From Eledone cirrhosa (lineage: Eukaryota): a DNA stretch of 64,000 nt. Location of the stretch: positions 124,310,001 through 124,374,000 of the forward strand of contig OZ024742.1 in NCBI GenBank assembly GCA_964016885.1, written 5' to 3'. A program made the translations under genes and the position numbers. How positions within the stretch are numbered: the stretch's first letter is position 1; the number at the start of each line of letters is the position of its first letter. This document shows, in pieces, positions 40,790 to 54,927 of the stretch. The notes under the pieces were generated by a model. The model had not been told where the DNA came from, did not search any database, and was given only the letters and a program-made list of their open reading frames with translations.

Positions 40790-41728
40790 TGAAGGTCAGT
40801 AATTTATTACTACCTTATTAACAATAAGATAAATAGCTCAATGTAATAACATCACTTGTTCTACAGAGCAGTTATATAGAATTCATAAGAATCAAAGCTA
40901 TGTTCAAAGCATTTATTCACTTACAATTGTTTCATCCAAACCTAGGCTGGTGACTTCGGAGCATTTTTCAATGTTTGTACACATAATTGACCTCCTTTCC
41001 AACGCAACGACATACATATATATATGTATATATTGATGTACAGTGGAGTGACATATATTATATTATATTATTTCTGTATATCAATTCAAATTTAAAATCA
41101 AAATCAAAATCAAAATTAAAACAAAATTTAAACAATGTTAAAATACATTCGGCAGTTTGTTAGTCAGATGTAGTAGTTAGTGTATGCCTTAGTTACACGT
41201 GGGGCATGCACGTGTGTCTCATTTATATATGATTATTGTGTGGCAGGGTGTTACATGTAATACAAGCACTTTAAGCGGGTAAGTAAGACTATGATGGAGG
41301 TTGTAGTGGTAAAGTATTTTTTATATATAATAAAAAGGTATCTGTGCAGAAAAATAAAAATAAAAAGGAGAAGCAAAATAAAGTTATGGTTTTCGTATCC
41401 ACCACCATTTTCACATTCAGGAAAAGTAATATATAGTTTATACATCCATCACATATTTAACGATGATTCCGTATTGGATGTTTGATGCATTAAATTAAAT
41501 TATTTTAACTTATTGCGGCTCAGTGTTATTTAATCAATAAATAATATAATATAATATATGTCACTCCAATATATACATGTGTATCTGTATGACTTTTGCG
41601 TTGGAAAGGAGGTCAATTATGTGTACAAACATTGAAAAATGCTACGAATACTACAAGCTTAGGTTTGGATGAAACAGTTGTAAGTGAATAAATCCTTTGA
41701 ACATAGCTTTGATTCTTGTGATTTCTCT
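40790..41728. mobile_element. Inverted-repeat element (arms ~40875-41058 / 41553-41728) with left tail; probable PLE pLTR pair
   Basis: aagaatcaaagctatgttcaaag..cctttccaacgcaa and its reverse complement; the right arm runs into (TA)n; contains TTGAAAA..GAAA-caattg-TA. Confidence 0.7.
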
Positions 41729-41921
41729 CTCTATATATATATATATGTTGGTAAAAGGAAAAGAAAATGCCGACAAATAGTTTAATTAGGAATAAGTAAA
41801 AATTAGTAATAGGTATTGGTTAGTATTCAGTTTTGGTTTTAAGTTTCTACCGGTTGCGCATTTCTAGTGCTTTTCAAAAATAATTTTGAGATATAGCGCC
41901 CGTGATGATTGCTCTAATCTG

Positions 41922-41957
<36 letters not shown>

Positions 41958-42161
41958 TAGTTAATATAGTTAATGGTGTATGCATTTTTTATACTTATAC
42001 GTATGTAGCTTACTGTAATTGGGTGTAGTTTGTTGTGCACATATACATGCATAATAGGCCAGCGGCCACAGTGACACAATCCACCGGTCTCTGTCGCTGA
42101 AGAATTTTTACCCATCGCTCTCTTTGACAGCATTTAGCTGTTTTAACGGCTGTACTAGCGA

Positions 42162-42254
<93 letters not shown>

Positions 42255-42256
<2 letters not shown>

Positions 42257-42360
42257 AACAAGTAAGGGTCTTACTTGTTCCTATTACCCACTCTACTACC
42301 CTAAGTATTGATTACTTTGGTGCGTTAGGGTCCACCTGGTTCCTTACCACATTTCCTTCG

Positions 42361-42361
<1 letters not shown>
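42255..42361 (+). mobile_element. Smallest family D mini-element: 12-bp arms plus tail, in (TA)n
   Basis: ggaacaagtaag-ggt-cttacttgttcc-tattacccactctactaccctaag...acatttccttcgt. Confidence 0.88.
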
Positions 42362-42430
<69 letters not shown>

Positions 42431-42436
<6 letters not shown>

Positions 42437-43030
42437 ATACTTTGGGAAGGTCATGTTGCCAATAAGAAACACACAAACCAGTTGCTTTAACTTCAATTTA
42501 TTATAACTTTTATTCATAAATTTAGGAATTTATAAATTTCCGGTTGGTTGTTTGGTTCCACATATATTCTCAAAGTTCTTTCGTCAAACATTATGTGACC
42601 TCTTCAAACAACCAACCAGTAACATATAACTAAACAAATACATAAACAAATATAAACACACACACAGACACCTGGATATAACACATGCGCAAACTAAGCA
42701 CACAAAACACACAAACAGAAGATGGCGTAGGACAGAACAAAGGAGAGGCACACAAACAAAGAAAAGAATCCCCAGTCACTGAAGAGGTCACATAATGTGT
42801 GACGAAAGAACTTTGACAATATATGAACAATCATCTGGTTGTGGAACCAACCAACCAACCGGAAATTTATAAATTCCTAAATTTATGAATTTAATTTATA
42901 ATAAATTGAAGTGAAAGCAACTGGCGCGTGTGTTTCTTATTGGCAACATGACCCTCCCAAAGTATAACACTATCGGTTTCAACACACGTTTTCAGATAAA
43001 GAATCTTGCTAAACAAATTCAGAAACGAAA
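42431..43030 (+). mobile_element. Family B fold-back element: inverted arm 42431-42606, sense copy 42607-43030 with tail
   Basis: Closely similar to 23200-23885 in opposite orientation. Hammerhead gtca-CTGAAGA-ggtcacataatgtgtgac-GAAA-gaac-TT-tgac at 42775-42817. Confidence 0.9.
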
Positions 43031-43385
43031 TATATATATATTACTGCTACTCTCTTTAATTAGTTAAATAAATCTGGCTAAGTTGTTTTTTATGGGTCAC
43101 TTACTAGCTTCCCTTTTAACATCTGCTCTTTCACGTCAGGCCTACTGTTTTAAAGCTAAAGTCACATGGAATGTTATTTATAATATTAGTGTGTCCAAGA
43201 TGGTTGTTGCTGTGTAAATATGTAACGGCACAAGTTATTTCACTTGAATTTCATTGTGAAAGACATAAGGTAGTTTTTAATACATTGCTTAGGGATAAGA
43301 TTTAGGTGTCATAGTTTATTAATTAATTATCTTAATTAATATCCATTCTTTACTGGATTGAAACCGCAGAGTTGTAGCTTCAATT

Positions 43386-43750
43386 ATATATAAAGAAGAT
43401 ATTAAAAGATGGTTAACAAAGTTCCATATATTTTATTATGCGCATTTCGAAAATAACATCATCCTGGGACAAAAATTGTGTTCTCATCAGATAAAATAAG
43501 GTAACATGATATGATGCCTAAAAACACTTGTGAACAAGAAAGTGTCCAGCCTACATTTTATCTGATGCGAACACAATTTTTGTCCCATGATTATGTTGTT
43601 TTCGAAATGCGCATAATAAAATATATGGAACTTTTTTAACCATCTTTTAATTTCTTCTTTATATATACTCCATTTCTACCAACTGTTGAGTGCTACTTAT
43701 CTGATATATGCATACTTTTATTGTTGTAATATTACTCACCCCCTACATTA
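43386..43750 (+). mobile_element. Family E fold-back element: arms 43386-43497 / 43555-43668 plus tail
   Basis: Inverted repeat; the same pLTR terminates the PLE at 48556-50771. Confidence 0.85.
43429..43498 (-). ncRNA. Type I minimal hammerhead (plus-strand mirror 43555-43622 has CTGATGC)
   Basis: tattttat-CTGATGA-gaac...tttc-GAAA-tgcgca-TA-ataaaata. Perfect 8-bp stem I and palindromic stem III. Confidence 0.85.
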
Positions 43751-44122
43751 TACATATATATATATATATTTTTATTTTTTTTATTTTAAAGTATAATTTT
43801 TGCATCCAATGCTTACTTTTAATATACTGTAAATTGTTTGACCTAAATATAATTTTCAGAAAATGAAGTTCTACAAATTATAGTTTTCAGCTTATATAGT
43901 ATTTGAATTCTTTAACGTGTAATATGACTCACATATTTTTACTTTAGTCTATTCTTGATTTAATCGAAAGAGTTACATTTTGAATTACATTACCACTCAT
44001 TTTTGAGAGATGAGCGAACTGTCAATGACAGCGCCCGTTATAGTCATACGGTCGCAAATTTAGCAACAAAACTATTGCACGACGCAGTTTCCCTTATATA
44101 GTTATATATATATATATATATA

Positions 44123-46773
44123 CATGGAAAGTTATATTTAAAATTGTTGGGTTACAACTAGTAAATATTTATAACTGATATAAAAGCACTCGACAAATAT
44201 TTGGAGTATATTTACAATATTAAATAAATGGAAACTATATTTATAAAAACATATTTAGTTCATTATATATATTTCGGGGATATCATATTAACAATATGCT
44301 ATGCCTTCCTCAGACAAAATACAATATACACAGTTCTATAGATAAATAGATTCGACATACCGTTATAACACCGACTTGCATTTGAAGAGGTTAAGCTGGC
44401 AGTGAACAAATTTTATACAGAGAGAAAGAAAGAGAGAAAAAAGAAAAGGAAGAAAAAGAAGAAATGCATGGAACAAAATATAGAGATGGAAAGATAGATA
44501 AAGAGAAGAACTTCATGTAAAGAAACAGAAAGAGATATATATATATAGAGAGAGAGGAAATAGAGATAGATACATATATATATAGAAAATTAGGTAGTGG
44601 GAGGTCATTTTGAGTAAATGTATCAATGATACATTTATTTATTTATTTATTTATTTAGCTCTAGTATTAATGTAAGGGAGATATATATATAGAGAAAAAA
44701 ATATAGAGAGAGAAAAAAATAGCGAGAGAAAAAAATTAAAAAATAGCCAGATATATTCGAGGCGTAAAAACCCTATGTCTCAATGTATTATAATTCATAA
44801 AACTTCCACTATATTGTAAATATCAGTATTCCTGAATGAGACAAGTATCCATAGTGTGTGAAAATTAATTATCTTACGTTTAGTTTTTTAAAAAATTCAT
44901 ATGTTTATGTTATAGCTACAAACATCCATGCGAATCCACATTATCAACTCTGCAAACTCTAGGTTCACGGAAAACATTCTCAATGTGGTATAAAAATTTG
45001 AGTATACATATATGTGCATTATTATTCCTGTCTTTACTCTACAAGATTATCTATCAAGCAGAGATAGAGAGCAGATTTCAATATACTAATAAAAATATAT
45101 ATCAGAAACAAAACTAAAAATAAAAAGATAACAATAATAATAATAAGTAATAATAAAATAGAAAACTAAAAAAATATTACGAAAGAATATTACATATTAA
45201 AAATGTTACATACTAAAAAATATTACGTATTACAAAATATTACGTATTAAAAAATTTACATATTAAAAATAAAAATAAAAAATATTATAAAATACTACAA
45301 TAATAAAAAATAAAAATAAACCACAAAGATCAACCCTTCAAAATTAATTGACAATATATTGCCAAGTTCATTATAAGACAAAGCCAAAAATTATCTATCA
45401 AATCACATCTAGCAAAGATCATTTCAAAAAGTTTATGATGTCCAATTAGGTCTACATGTGTTCTTATATTTAATATAGAAGTTTATCTAGTGTAAGGTTT
45501 ATTCAAAATATTTGGAGCATCAACTTTTAGGGTAGCTTAATTTTCATGAGGAATGTTTAAATAAAAATAAAATAAAAAATAAACAATAAAAAAAGAATAA
45601 AAAGAAGGAATCAAAAATTTAGGAATCAAAAATTTATCGGCTAGTTTCCCATATAAATATAAATCAAACTAAATATACTACATTTTAAATTTAAATTTAT
45701 ATTTAAACGTTGAGTTTAATCTATGTTTGCAACAACTGAATAAATTTGTCCGTAGATTAAGGGAATTTTTAGATTTTAGTATAAAGAATATCTCCTCTGC
45801 GCAGAGGTCACATGTCTCAGAGGATGAATTAAAAGGAATCCCCCTTGAGACTATATTCCAAGCCGTCGAATATCTAACGTTATCTAGCTTAAGTTGCCAG
45901 AGTACGCCTGATAGTGCCGTTGAAGATTTTTTACTTGGATCTGTGAAAGAATTCTTGTGGTTATTATAGCGAAGTTTAAATTCCGTCGATGTGGAACCGA
46001 CGTAGTTAAAAGAATTAGAGTCAGTATTAACATTACAATTGTATACTATATTTTTAACTAAGCAGTTGTTATTTAACGGACATTTAGATCTATCTCTACA
46101 GTTACATTTGTTAACTTGTATATTATTTATGCTATTGTCACTAGGTTTTAAGTTCCTATTATTTATTCTATTAATATTTTGTGCTAAATTTTTGGTGGAT
46201 GAGTAGGTTAGTTTAATTGTATGCCTATTGAAAATTGAGTGATACCTATGTGTTCTAGGGAAGCGATTATCAAGAGCTTTGAAAAATAATTTAGCGATGA
46301 GGGTTTTAATGTTTAGTGAGAAAGGGGGGGCAAACCAAATTATGTTCCTAGTTCTATTTCTTTTTTGGCCTTTGGAATTATTGTAATGCTTTCTATTATA
46401 GTTGTTAATGTTGTTGCCGTAATTAAAAAAGTTGTTACTTTGTTTAGTTTGTCTATCATTATCTATGTACACAATCTTATCAGCATATCCTGCCCTAGCT
46501 AATGCTTCATTATAGTATTGGGCCTTTTCGTCGAAAATCTTTCTATTCGACGAGATCCTAGAGATACGTTTTTGTATAAAAATTTTTCACTGCCAGCTTA
46601 ACCTCTTCAAATGCATGTCGGTGTTATAACGGTATGTCGAATCTATTTATCTATAGAACTGTTTATATTGTATTTTGTCTGAGGAAGGCATAGCATATTG
46701 TTAATATGATATCCCCGAAATATATATAATGAAATAAATATGGTTTTATAAATATAGTTTCCATTTATTTAAT

Positions 46774-46777
<4 letters not shown>
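44123..46777 (-). mobile_element. 5'-truncated PLE (family A): inverted pLTR 46573-46777, RT thumb/linker/GIY-YIG (45678-46570), 3' UTR, pLTR and tail 44123-44419
   Basis: RNIIWFAPPFS, CNCRDRSKCPLNNNCL, NIVYNC..NYVGST..FKLRYNNH, CDLCAEE, CKH. Hammerheads CTGAGGA..GAAA-tatata-TA at 44256-44321 (-) and 46671-46736 (+). (TA)n on both sides. Confidence 0.93.
45678..46472 (-). CDS. PLE linker and GIY-YIG endonuclease, open but 5'-truncated
   Basis: 264-aa ORF with the motifs listed for 44123-46777. Confidence 0.85.
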   Translation of the reverse strand: MYIDNDRQTKQSNNFFNYGNNINNYNRKHYNNSKGQKRNRTRNIIWFAPPFSLNIKTLIAKLFFKALDNRFPRTHRYHSIFNRHTIKLTYSSTKNLAQNINRINNRNLKPSDNSINNIQVNKCNCRDRSKCPLNNNCLVKNIVYNCNVNTDSNSFNYVGSTSTEFKLRYNNHKNSFTDPSKKSSTALSGVLWQLKLDNVRYSTAWNIVSRGIPFNSSSETCDLCAEEIFFILKSKNSLNLRTNLFSCCKHRLNSTFKYKFKFKM

Positions 46778-48148
<1,371 letters not shown>

Positions 48149-48250
48149 GTCTGTGTGTGTGTGTGTCAGTAACACTCCCAAGTGTCAACCTAATACTAAC
48201 GCTTTTTAGTGCAGTCCTCCCTATTGTTTTTGTTTTCTGTTTTAGCTATA

Positions 48251-48287
<37 letters not shown>

Positions 48288-48321
48288 TAGATAGATGATA
48301 GATAGCTATATATATATATAT

Positions 48322-48545
48322 AGTAATAATATTAAATTTGAAGATTAAAATCCAAAGAGGGCTCGATAAGGATAAATATATATCAAATATATAATAACCG
48401 TAGAGCAAATATTTATTAAAATAACAGATTAAAGTTTAAGCAAAGAATCACTGCTTTCACCGTTAACTGGATCTCCAGTAGATCCCGTTAAGGGTGAAAG
48501 CAGCGATTATTTGCTTAAACTTTAATCTGTTATTTTAATAAATAT
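48322..48545 (-). mobile_element. Family G fold-back mini-element: ~65-bp arms (48409-48474 / 48481-48545), tail at left
   Basis: atatttattaaaataacagattaaagtttaagcaaa..ggatct/agatcc..tttgcttaaactttaatctgttattttaataaatat between TA tracts. Confidence 0.75.
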
Positions 48546-48555
48546 ATATATATAT

Positions 48556-50766
48556 AATATAAGATCAAAAGATGGTTAAAAGAGTTCCAAGTATTTTATT
48601 ATGCGACTTTCAAAAACAAATATCATCATAGGATGATATCTGCGTTCTCATCAGATAAAATAGGGAAACATGATATGAAGCTTAAAAAACACTTGTGAGC
48701 AGTTAAATCAACATATGAAAAAATAAAGTAAGATGGATATATGAGATTGGGAAAAATGAGGGGGAGGGGTTGTATGAAAAGGAAAGGAAGAGGAAGAAAT
48801 AAAATAAAGGATGGTGGGGGAGGAGTATAAGAAGAACGGGTGAGAGAGGAGGAGAAATGAGTGATAAGGGAGAGAAATAGGCTTTACAATTCAGAAAACA
48901 ATGCCTCAAAGAGAGAAATTAAAAAACCTTTGGAAGATAATAGATAATTTAAAAAAGATTTTGAAATTAAGAGTTAATGGAAGTTGATCTTTATGATTAA
49001 AGAAAAAGGAATTAGGAATAGTATTAATTTAGGTTTATGTATTGAATATTTTAATAATATGTGTTAAAAAAAAGAGAATTTATTAATATGTATTATTAAA
49101 ATAAAAATAGTAATGATATTAAGGATATAATGTGAAAGAAGGAGAAGAATAGATGAGTCATGAACTTAGAGGAATTATTTAGGGTTTAAGTTTGTTTTTA
49201 TGTATTTTAATATGTAAAAGTAAATAATAGGTTTAAAACAAGCACGGAAGGAGAGAAGAAAAAAGAGAATTTAAGGAAGAAAAAATATCTAACGTCAAAA
49301 CGTATATATGTTTGCAAAAATGTTCTAATGGTAATATTATTTTATATTAAAAAATATATAGTTTCTATGTCCAATATTATGATGAAAAATGGAAAATAGA
49401 AAATGCTGTAGTGAGTAATAATATGAATTGAGAAGTAATTGGGAAATAAAGGTTACAGATTAAAGAGTAGAAATTAAAAAAAGAGAAAAGGAAGAAAGGA
49501 AAAATGCTAAAAAAAAAGAAAAATAGGGCATCATAACGACATAGAGTGAGTATTGTATAATATAATATACTGACATAAGGTAGAAAGATGGGTATATTTG
49601 TAAAAGATATAAAAGCCTTTGAGAAAAGATGTCAAACTACTTATGTATTGGGATATTTGCTTTATACTTTATAGAATGTTGTGTGGGATTTATGCAAGCA
49701 GAGCGAAAATAAATCCGTACGTCTATTTATTATAGAATTAAAATTAGATATAATGGCATATTTCTCGGCTAGGCAGAGATAACATGTTCCGGATAGGGAG
49801 GAATTCAGGTAAGGAAAGGCGTAGCAAACCTTCCTCCAAGAGATGTTATAGTTAATATGTTTATCTGTTAAGGACCATATGAGTTCCGAGAGTGCGGTGT
49901 TAGTTCTTTTAAGTTGGTATTTAAAAGACGATTTGTGATTATAAAATCTTGCTTTAACGGAAGTGGAAGTGGAACCAAAATAGGTAAAAGAATTAGTATT
50001 AGTTATAACATCACATTCATACACTAAGTTTTTATCAAGACAGAGTTTATTAAGAGGACATTTAGTTCTAACAGGGCAATTACAATTACGATTAGAGAAA
50101 TTAATAGTGTTATTAACAAGTGACTTAGTATTATTTATAGAAGGAATTTGATTGGAGAAGTTATTTACGATAGGAACTATAGTTTCCTGATTTAGATTGG
50201 TTATATGAACATTCAACGAAGTTACGTTTGACGTCGTATTTCAATTTACTGAATCTAGCCTATTGACGTCGGGTATACCACTGCTATTATTATGACGCTC
50301 AGTGTTGGGTGGATGTAATTTATTACTTATTATTTTATTATTGTGTTTAGAGATAATGTTAGAGATGTTGGTAGTGGTGGAATAAGAACATTTGATTGTA
50401 TGTTTGTTAAAGATTTTACTATAGATATGCGAGGGAGGGAAGCATTTATCTAAGGCTCTAAAGATTAGTTTAGGAATATTATTGGTGATAGCTAGAGAAA
50501 AAGGAGCATTAAACCAAATCATATTTATGTATCTTGGTCTTTTATTTAAGTTATTGTATTGTTCATAATTAACTATATTATTCGATGATTGGTTTCTTTA
50601 CTGTATTTAATTTTAGCAGGATAGCCGGCTTTGGAAAGCGCTTTATTATAGTAATAAAGATAACTTTATTAGGGGATAGATGTGGGATTCTTTTTTTCAA
50701 TATTACTGATTATATCATTTCTAACGTTGGTGGGGTGGTTAGATTTAAAATTAACATAATTTAGAT

Positions 50767-50771
<5 letters not shown>
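48556..50771 (-). mobile_element. 5'-truncated decayed PLE (family E): RT thumb, linker, GIY-YIG, 3' UTR, pLTR
   Basis: ENLNYVNFKSNHP, WFNAPFS, CNCPVRTKCPLNKLCL, NLVYEC..TYFGST..KARFYNH, CYLCLAEK, CLH. Hammerhead tattttat-CTGATGA..GAAA-gtcgca-TA-ataaaata at 48592-48662. Confidence 0.9.
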
Positions 50772-50838
<67 letters not shown>

Positions 50839-51370
50839 CCAAAAATAGAACATTGTCAAAATCTATTTATTTATCAAAACGGTTGTTGGTCTGTGTGTAT
50901 GTGTTTGTAAATACACAGAAGCTTATGTATTGGGAATTATTTGGAAACATTTGCTTACATTTAAATTATAAAAGGAAGGAAATGTAATTACAAACGCAAA
51001 CAAAATCTACTAATACTTTTCTAACACAAACGTTATTTAGCAAAACCAATATGAATTGTAATTATTATTTCAAAATATATATTCGTCTGAAATTTGTATT
51101 TAACATTATACATCTTTAAATTTTAATGCTGGGAATGTACATTAATTGCACAATTTTAAAACCTTTCAGGTCTTTAGTGTAACACTTTATTTCGTACATT
51201 CCAAAAGCACAAAACATTCTAAAAAAACAATCAGATCTCCGTGGAAATTAAATTGTTGTTTACAGTCTGGGCTTTGGCTAGTCCGTGTAATGATACAGTG
51301 AAAATAAATAACACATTCCAATGTCCCTCAATCATACATAGCTAAAATCCATATATATATATATATATAT

Positions 51371-51390
51371 TAAGTACTGGGTCTTCTTAC

Positions 51391-51456
<66 letters not shown>

Positions 51457-51549
51457 GTAAGAAGACCCAGTACTTAGCAATAATAAATGTTTATTTAAAC
51501 TCTATTTCTGTATTACGTACACTGTTCGTTCTTCCGTCGACAACGTACG

Positions 51550-51553
<4 letters not shown>
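51371..51553. mobile_element. Two probable pLTR 3' ends facing into one (TA)n tract (24-bp inverted repeat)
   Basis: taagtactgggtcttcttactctg-(TA)n-cagagtaagaagacccagtactta, with the right copy extending to 51553. Confidence 0.6.
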
Positions 51554-51590
<37 letters not shown>

Positions 51591-51689
51591 CTGATTCCGA
51601 TAGAGTATGATGAGTTACCGCCTATTCGATAAACGTATTTCTACTTTGGTCTCTGTGTATACGAACATAGATATATGAATAAATACATA

Positions 51690-51820
51690 GTATTTTATCG
51701 ACCTCCCATTGATAAATGATATAGCTTACTCCATTGGGGCTTGAATTCAGAACTTAACTGAATGTAACTAAATACCGCAAGAGGGTTAACTCAGCTCATT
51801 GTTGTGTCTGCCATTTCGCA
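51690..51820 (-). mobile_element. Diverged common SINE
   Basis: tattttatcgacctcc..ttgaattcagaac..ctaaataccgcaag..ctgccatttcgc. Confidence 0.55.
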
Positions 51821-52064
51821 GACATTTTCATATTTGTAAGATATAGTTATGAATATCAATAAATGTTTATTGGATAGCAATATCGGTATGAATTCCAGGA
51901 CATAAATATTGATACAAATATAGATTTTAATTGGTGTATTGCAATATAAATATATTAATATCAACATTTGCTTATATAATATGAATATTTACTTCATTCG
52001 CTATAGATATTCATTTCAGTAATATATACTTCGTATATATTTACATACATACATACAAACATAC

Positions 52065-52096
<32 letters not shown>

Positions 52097-52332
52097 ATAT
52101 ATTATGTACATATACACACACAAACAGACACACATACATACACACACACTTATATGTATATATGCCTATATATATATGTATAATATATTTGTATGTATTT
52201 ATATAAACATATATATATATATATATATTGATATATATATATATGTTTATATACATACATACAAATATATTATACATATATGTATATAGGCACATATACA
52301 TATGAGTGTGTGTGTGTATGTGTGTGTGTATA

Positions 52333-52381
<49 letters not shown>

Positions 52382-52507
52382 AGATATAAAAACACATATG
52401 TATGTATACATATATATATATATGTATAAGTATATATATATATATATATATATAAGTATATATATGCATACATATACATATATATATACACACATTATAT
52501 GTGTGCC

Positions 52508-52589
<82 letters not shown>

Positions 52590-52897
52590 AATAAAGTTAG
52601 TCCTTCATCAGTGATCTTCCAATTTTCATTGGTATTTCATCGCTTTAAAATTCATATACCTCTGGTTGGTGAGAGCAATAACTAAATAAAGTTATTGGGA
52701 CAAGTAAAATAGGGTGAAACGATCGAGACATGTAAACAAACAACGATGGTATTGCAACGGAAAGATAGGAAGAGACATGTCATGATGTCTGTAACCTTAA
52801 GCTTCGTGGATTCATGGCCGAGAGATACAGATCATCCGACATGGGGGAGATGCGAGCGAGAAAATATATCACAGAAAAGGATTTTCTTATATATATG

Positions 52898-53007
<110 letters not shown>

Positions 53008-53040
53008 TGTATATATATATAGAGAGAGAAAGAGATAGAT

Positions 53041-53463
53041 AGAAAAATATACACGGGTGTGTATGATTGTGTATAGAAGATTATATTAATAAGAGGAATT
53101 CCAACTTTGTCTGATTTACTCGTTTTATTTACAATCCTTTAAAATGTATAATGGTATTATAATGAAATAGTATGCTAGAATATTAAATGTTAAGTGTTAA
53201 TTGAACAAGCACTTTCATGCTTTCCCAATCTTCAGGTTCATAATGTGTGGTGACAGTCAAGTTTGCAATTTTCAACTGTGAAAATTGTAAACTTGACTGT
53301 CACCACACATTATGAACCTGAAGATTGCGTAAGCATGAACGTACTTGTTCAATTAACACTTAACATTTAATATTCTAGCATACTATTTCATTATAATACC
53401 ATTATAAATTTTAAAGGATTGTAAATAAAACGAGTAAATCAGACAAAGTTGGAATTCCTCTTA

Positions 53464-53470
<7 letters not shown>
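53041..53470 (-). mobile_element. Family H fold-back element: ~191-bp near-perfect arms (53083-53274 / 53279-53470), tail at left
   Basis: Long inverted repeat; the right arm runs into (TA)n; a hammerhead in each arm. Confidence 0.9.
53202..53240 (-). ncRNA. Very compact 39-nt type I hammerhead (mirror copy on plus strand 53313-53351)
   Basis: Consensus of the two arms: tgaac-CTGAAGA-t-tgc/gtaa/gca-t-GAAA-gtac-TT-gttca. Each arm carries different lesions. Confidence 0.8.
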
Positions 53471-53554
<84 letters not shown>

Positions 53555-53557
53555 GCA

Positions 53558-53632
<75 letters not shown>

Positions 53633-53635
53633 GCA

Positions 53636-53759
<124 letters not shown>

Positions 53760-54126
53760 CATCTCTCTAGCACACACACATAGTTGGACTGGTCCATATC
53801 TAGACTTCATTATCATATTTTTTCCTCCCCTCCGTTTCGCCTCAACAACTATGAAACCCCCCCCCCCCCTATCTCTCTCGTCCTTGTCACATCCTCCTTC
53901 TTCTCTACTTCAACTTCACACGAATTCCTATAAAAACCTGAACATTCTGGGGCGGTAAACATAATCTCTGATGATATGGGATCGATTATACATTGGATAT
54001 CGAATGCTCTACTAAATATATAATATTATAGATGTAGCGAGATCTAGGCAAATTGATGTCTATTGAAACGTACGTAAGAACCGAATAAATCTATTTTACT
54101 GCATCTTCCTGTTCTTTTTAATTCTT

Positions 54127-54158
<32 letters not shown>

Positions 54159-54460
54159 AAGAAAGAGAGAGAGAGGGGGGGGAGAGGGAGATAGAGAGAT
54201 GCATAGATTTTTCTATGAATATGTATATATATAGAAATATGTTCAATGGAGATCACCCAAGATGGAAATATTTCATTGTATCTATACACGTTTTTGTATT
54301 GTAATAATTTATATTTGTAATCAAGTATTGTCATAAACATCAACATACACATAATCTCAAGGATTAAATATACTTATACATTGCTAATCAACTCCGCACA
54401 AACATACGCATAAATCTCTCTCACTCTCTCTCTCTCTCTATCTCTCTCTCTTTCTCTCTT

Positions 54461-54529
<69 letters not shown>

Positions 54530-54560
54530 ATATATATTTACACACACACACATATGTATA

Positions 54561-54927
<367 letters not shown>

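Noticed and set aside
41830-41920. GAAA-tgcgca on the minus strand
   Set aside because: No matching CUGANGA or UH site; at most a decayed remnant.
52590-52630. CTGATGA on the minus strand next to (TA)n
   Set aside because: Truncated by the microsatellite with no GAAA half, so it cannot be supported.
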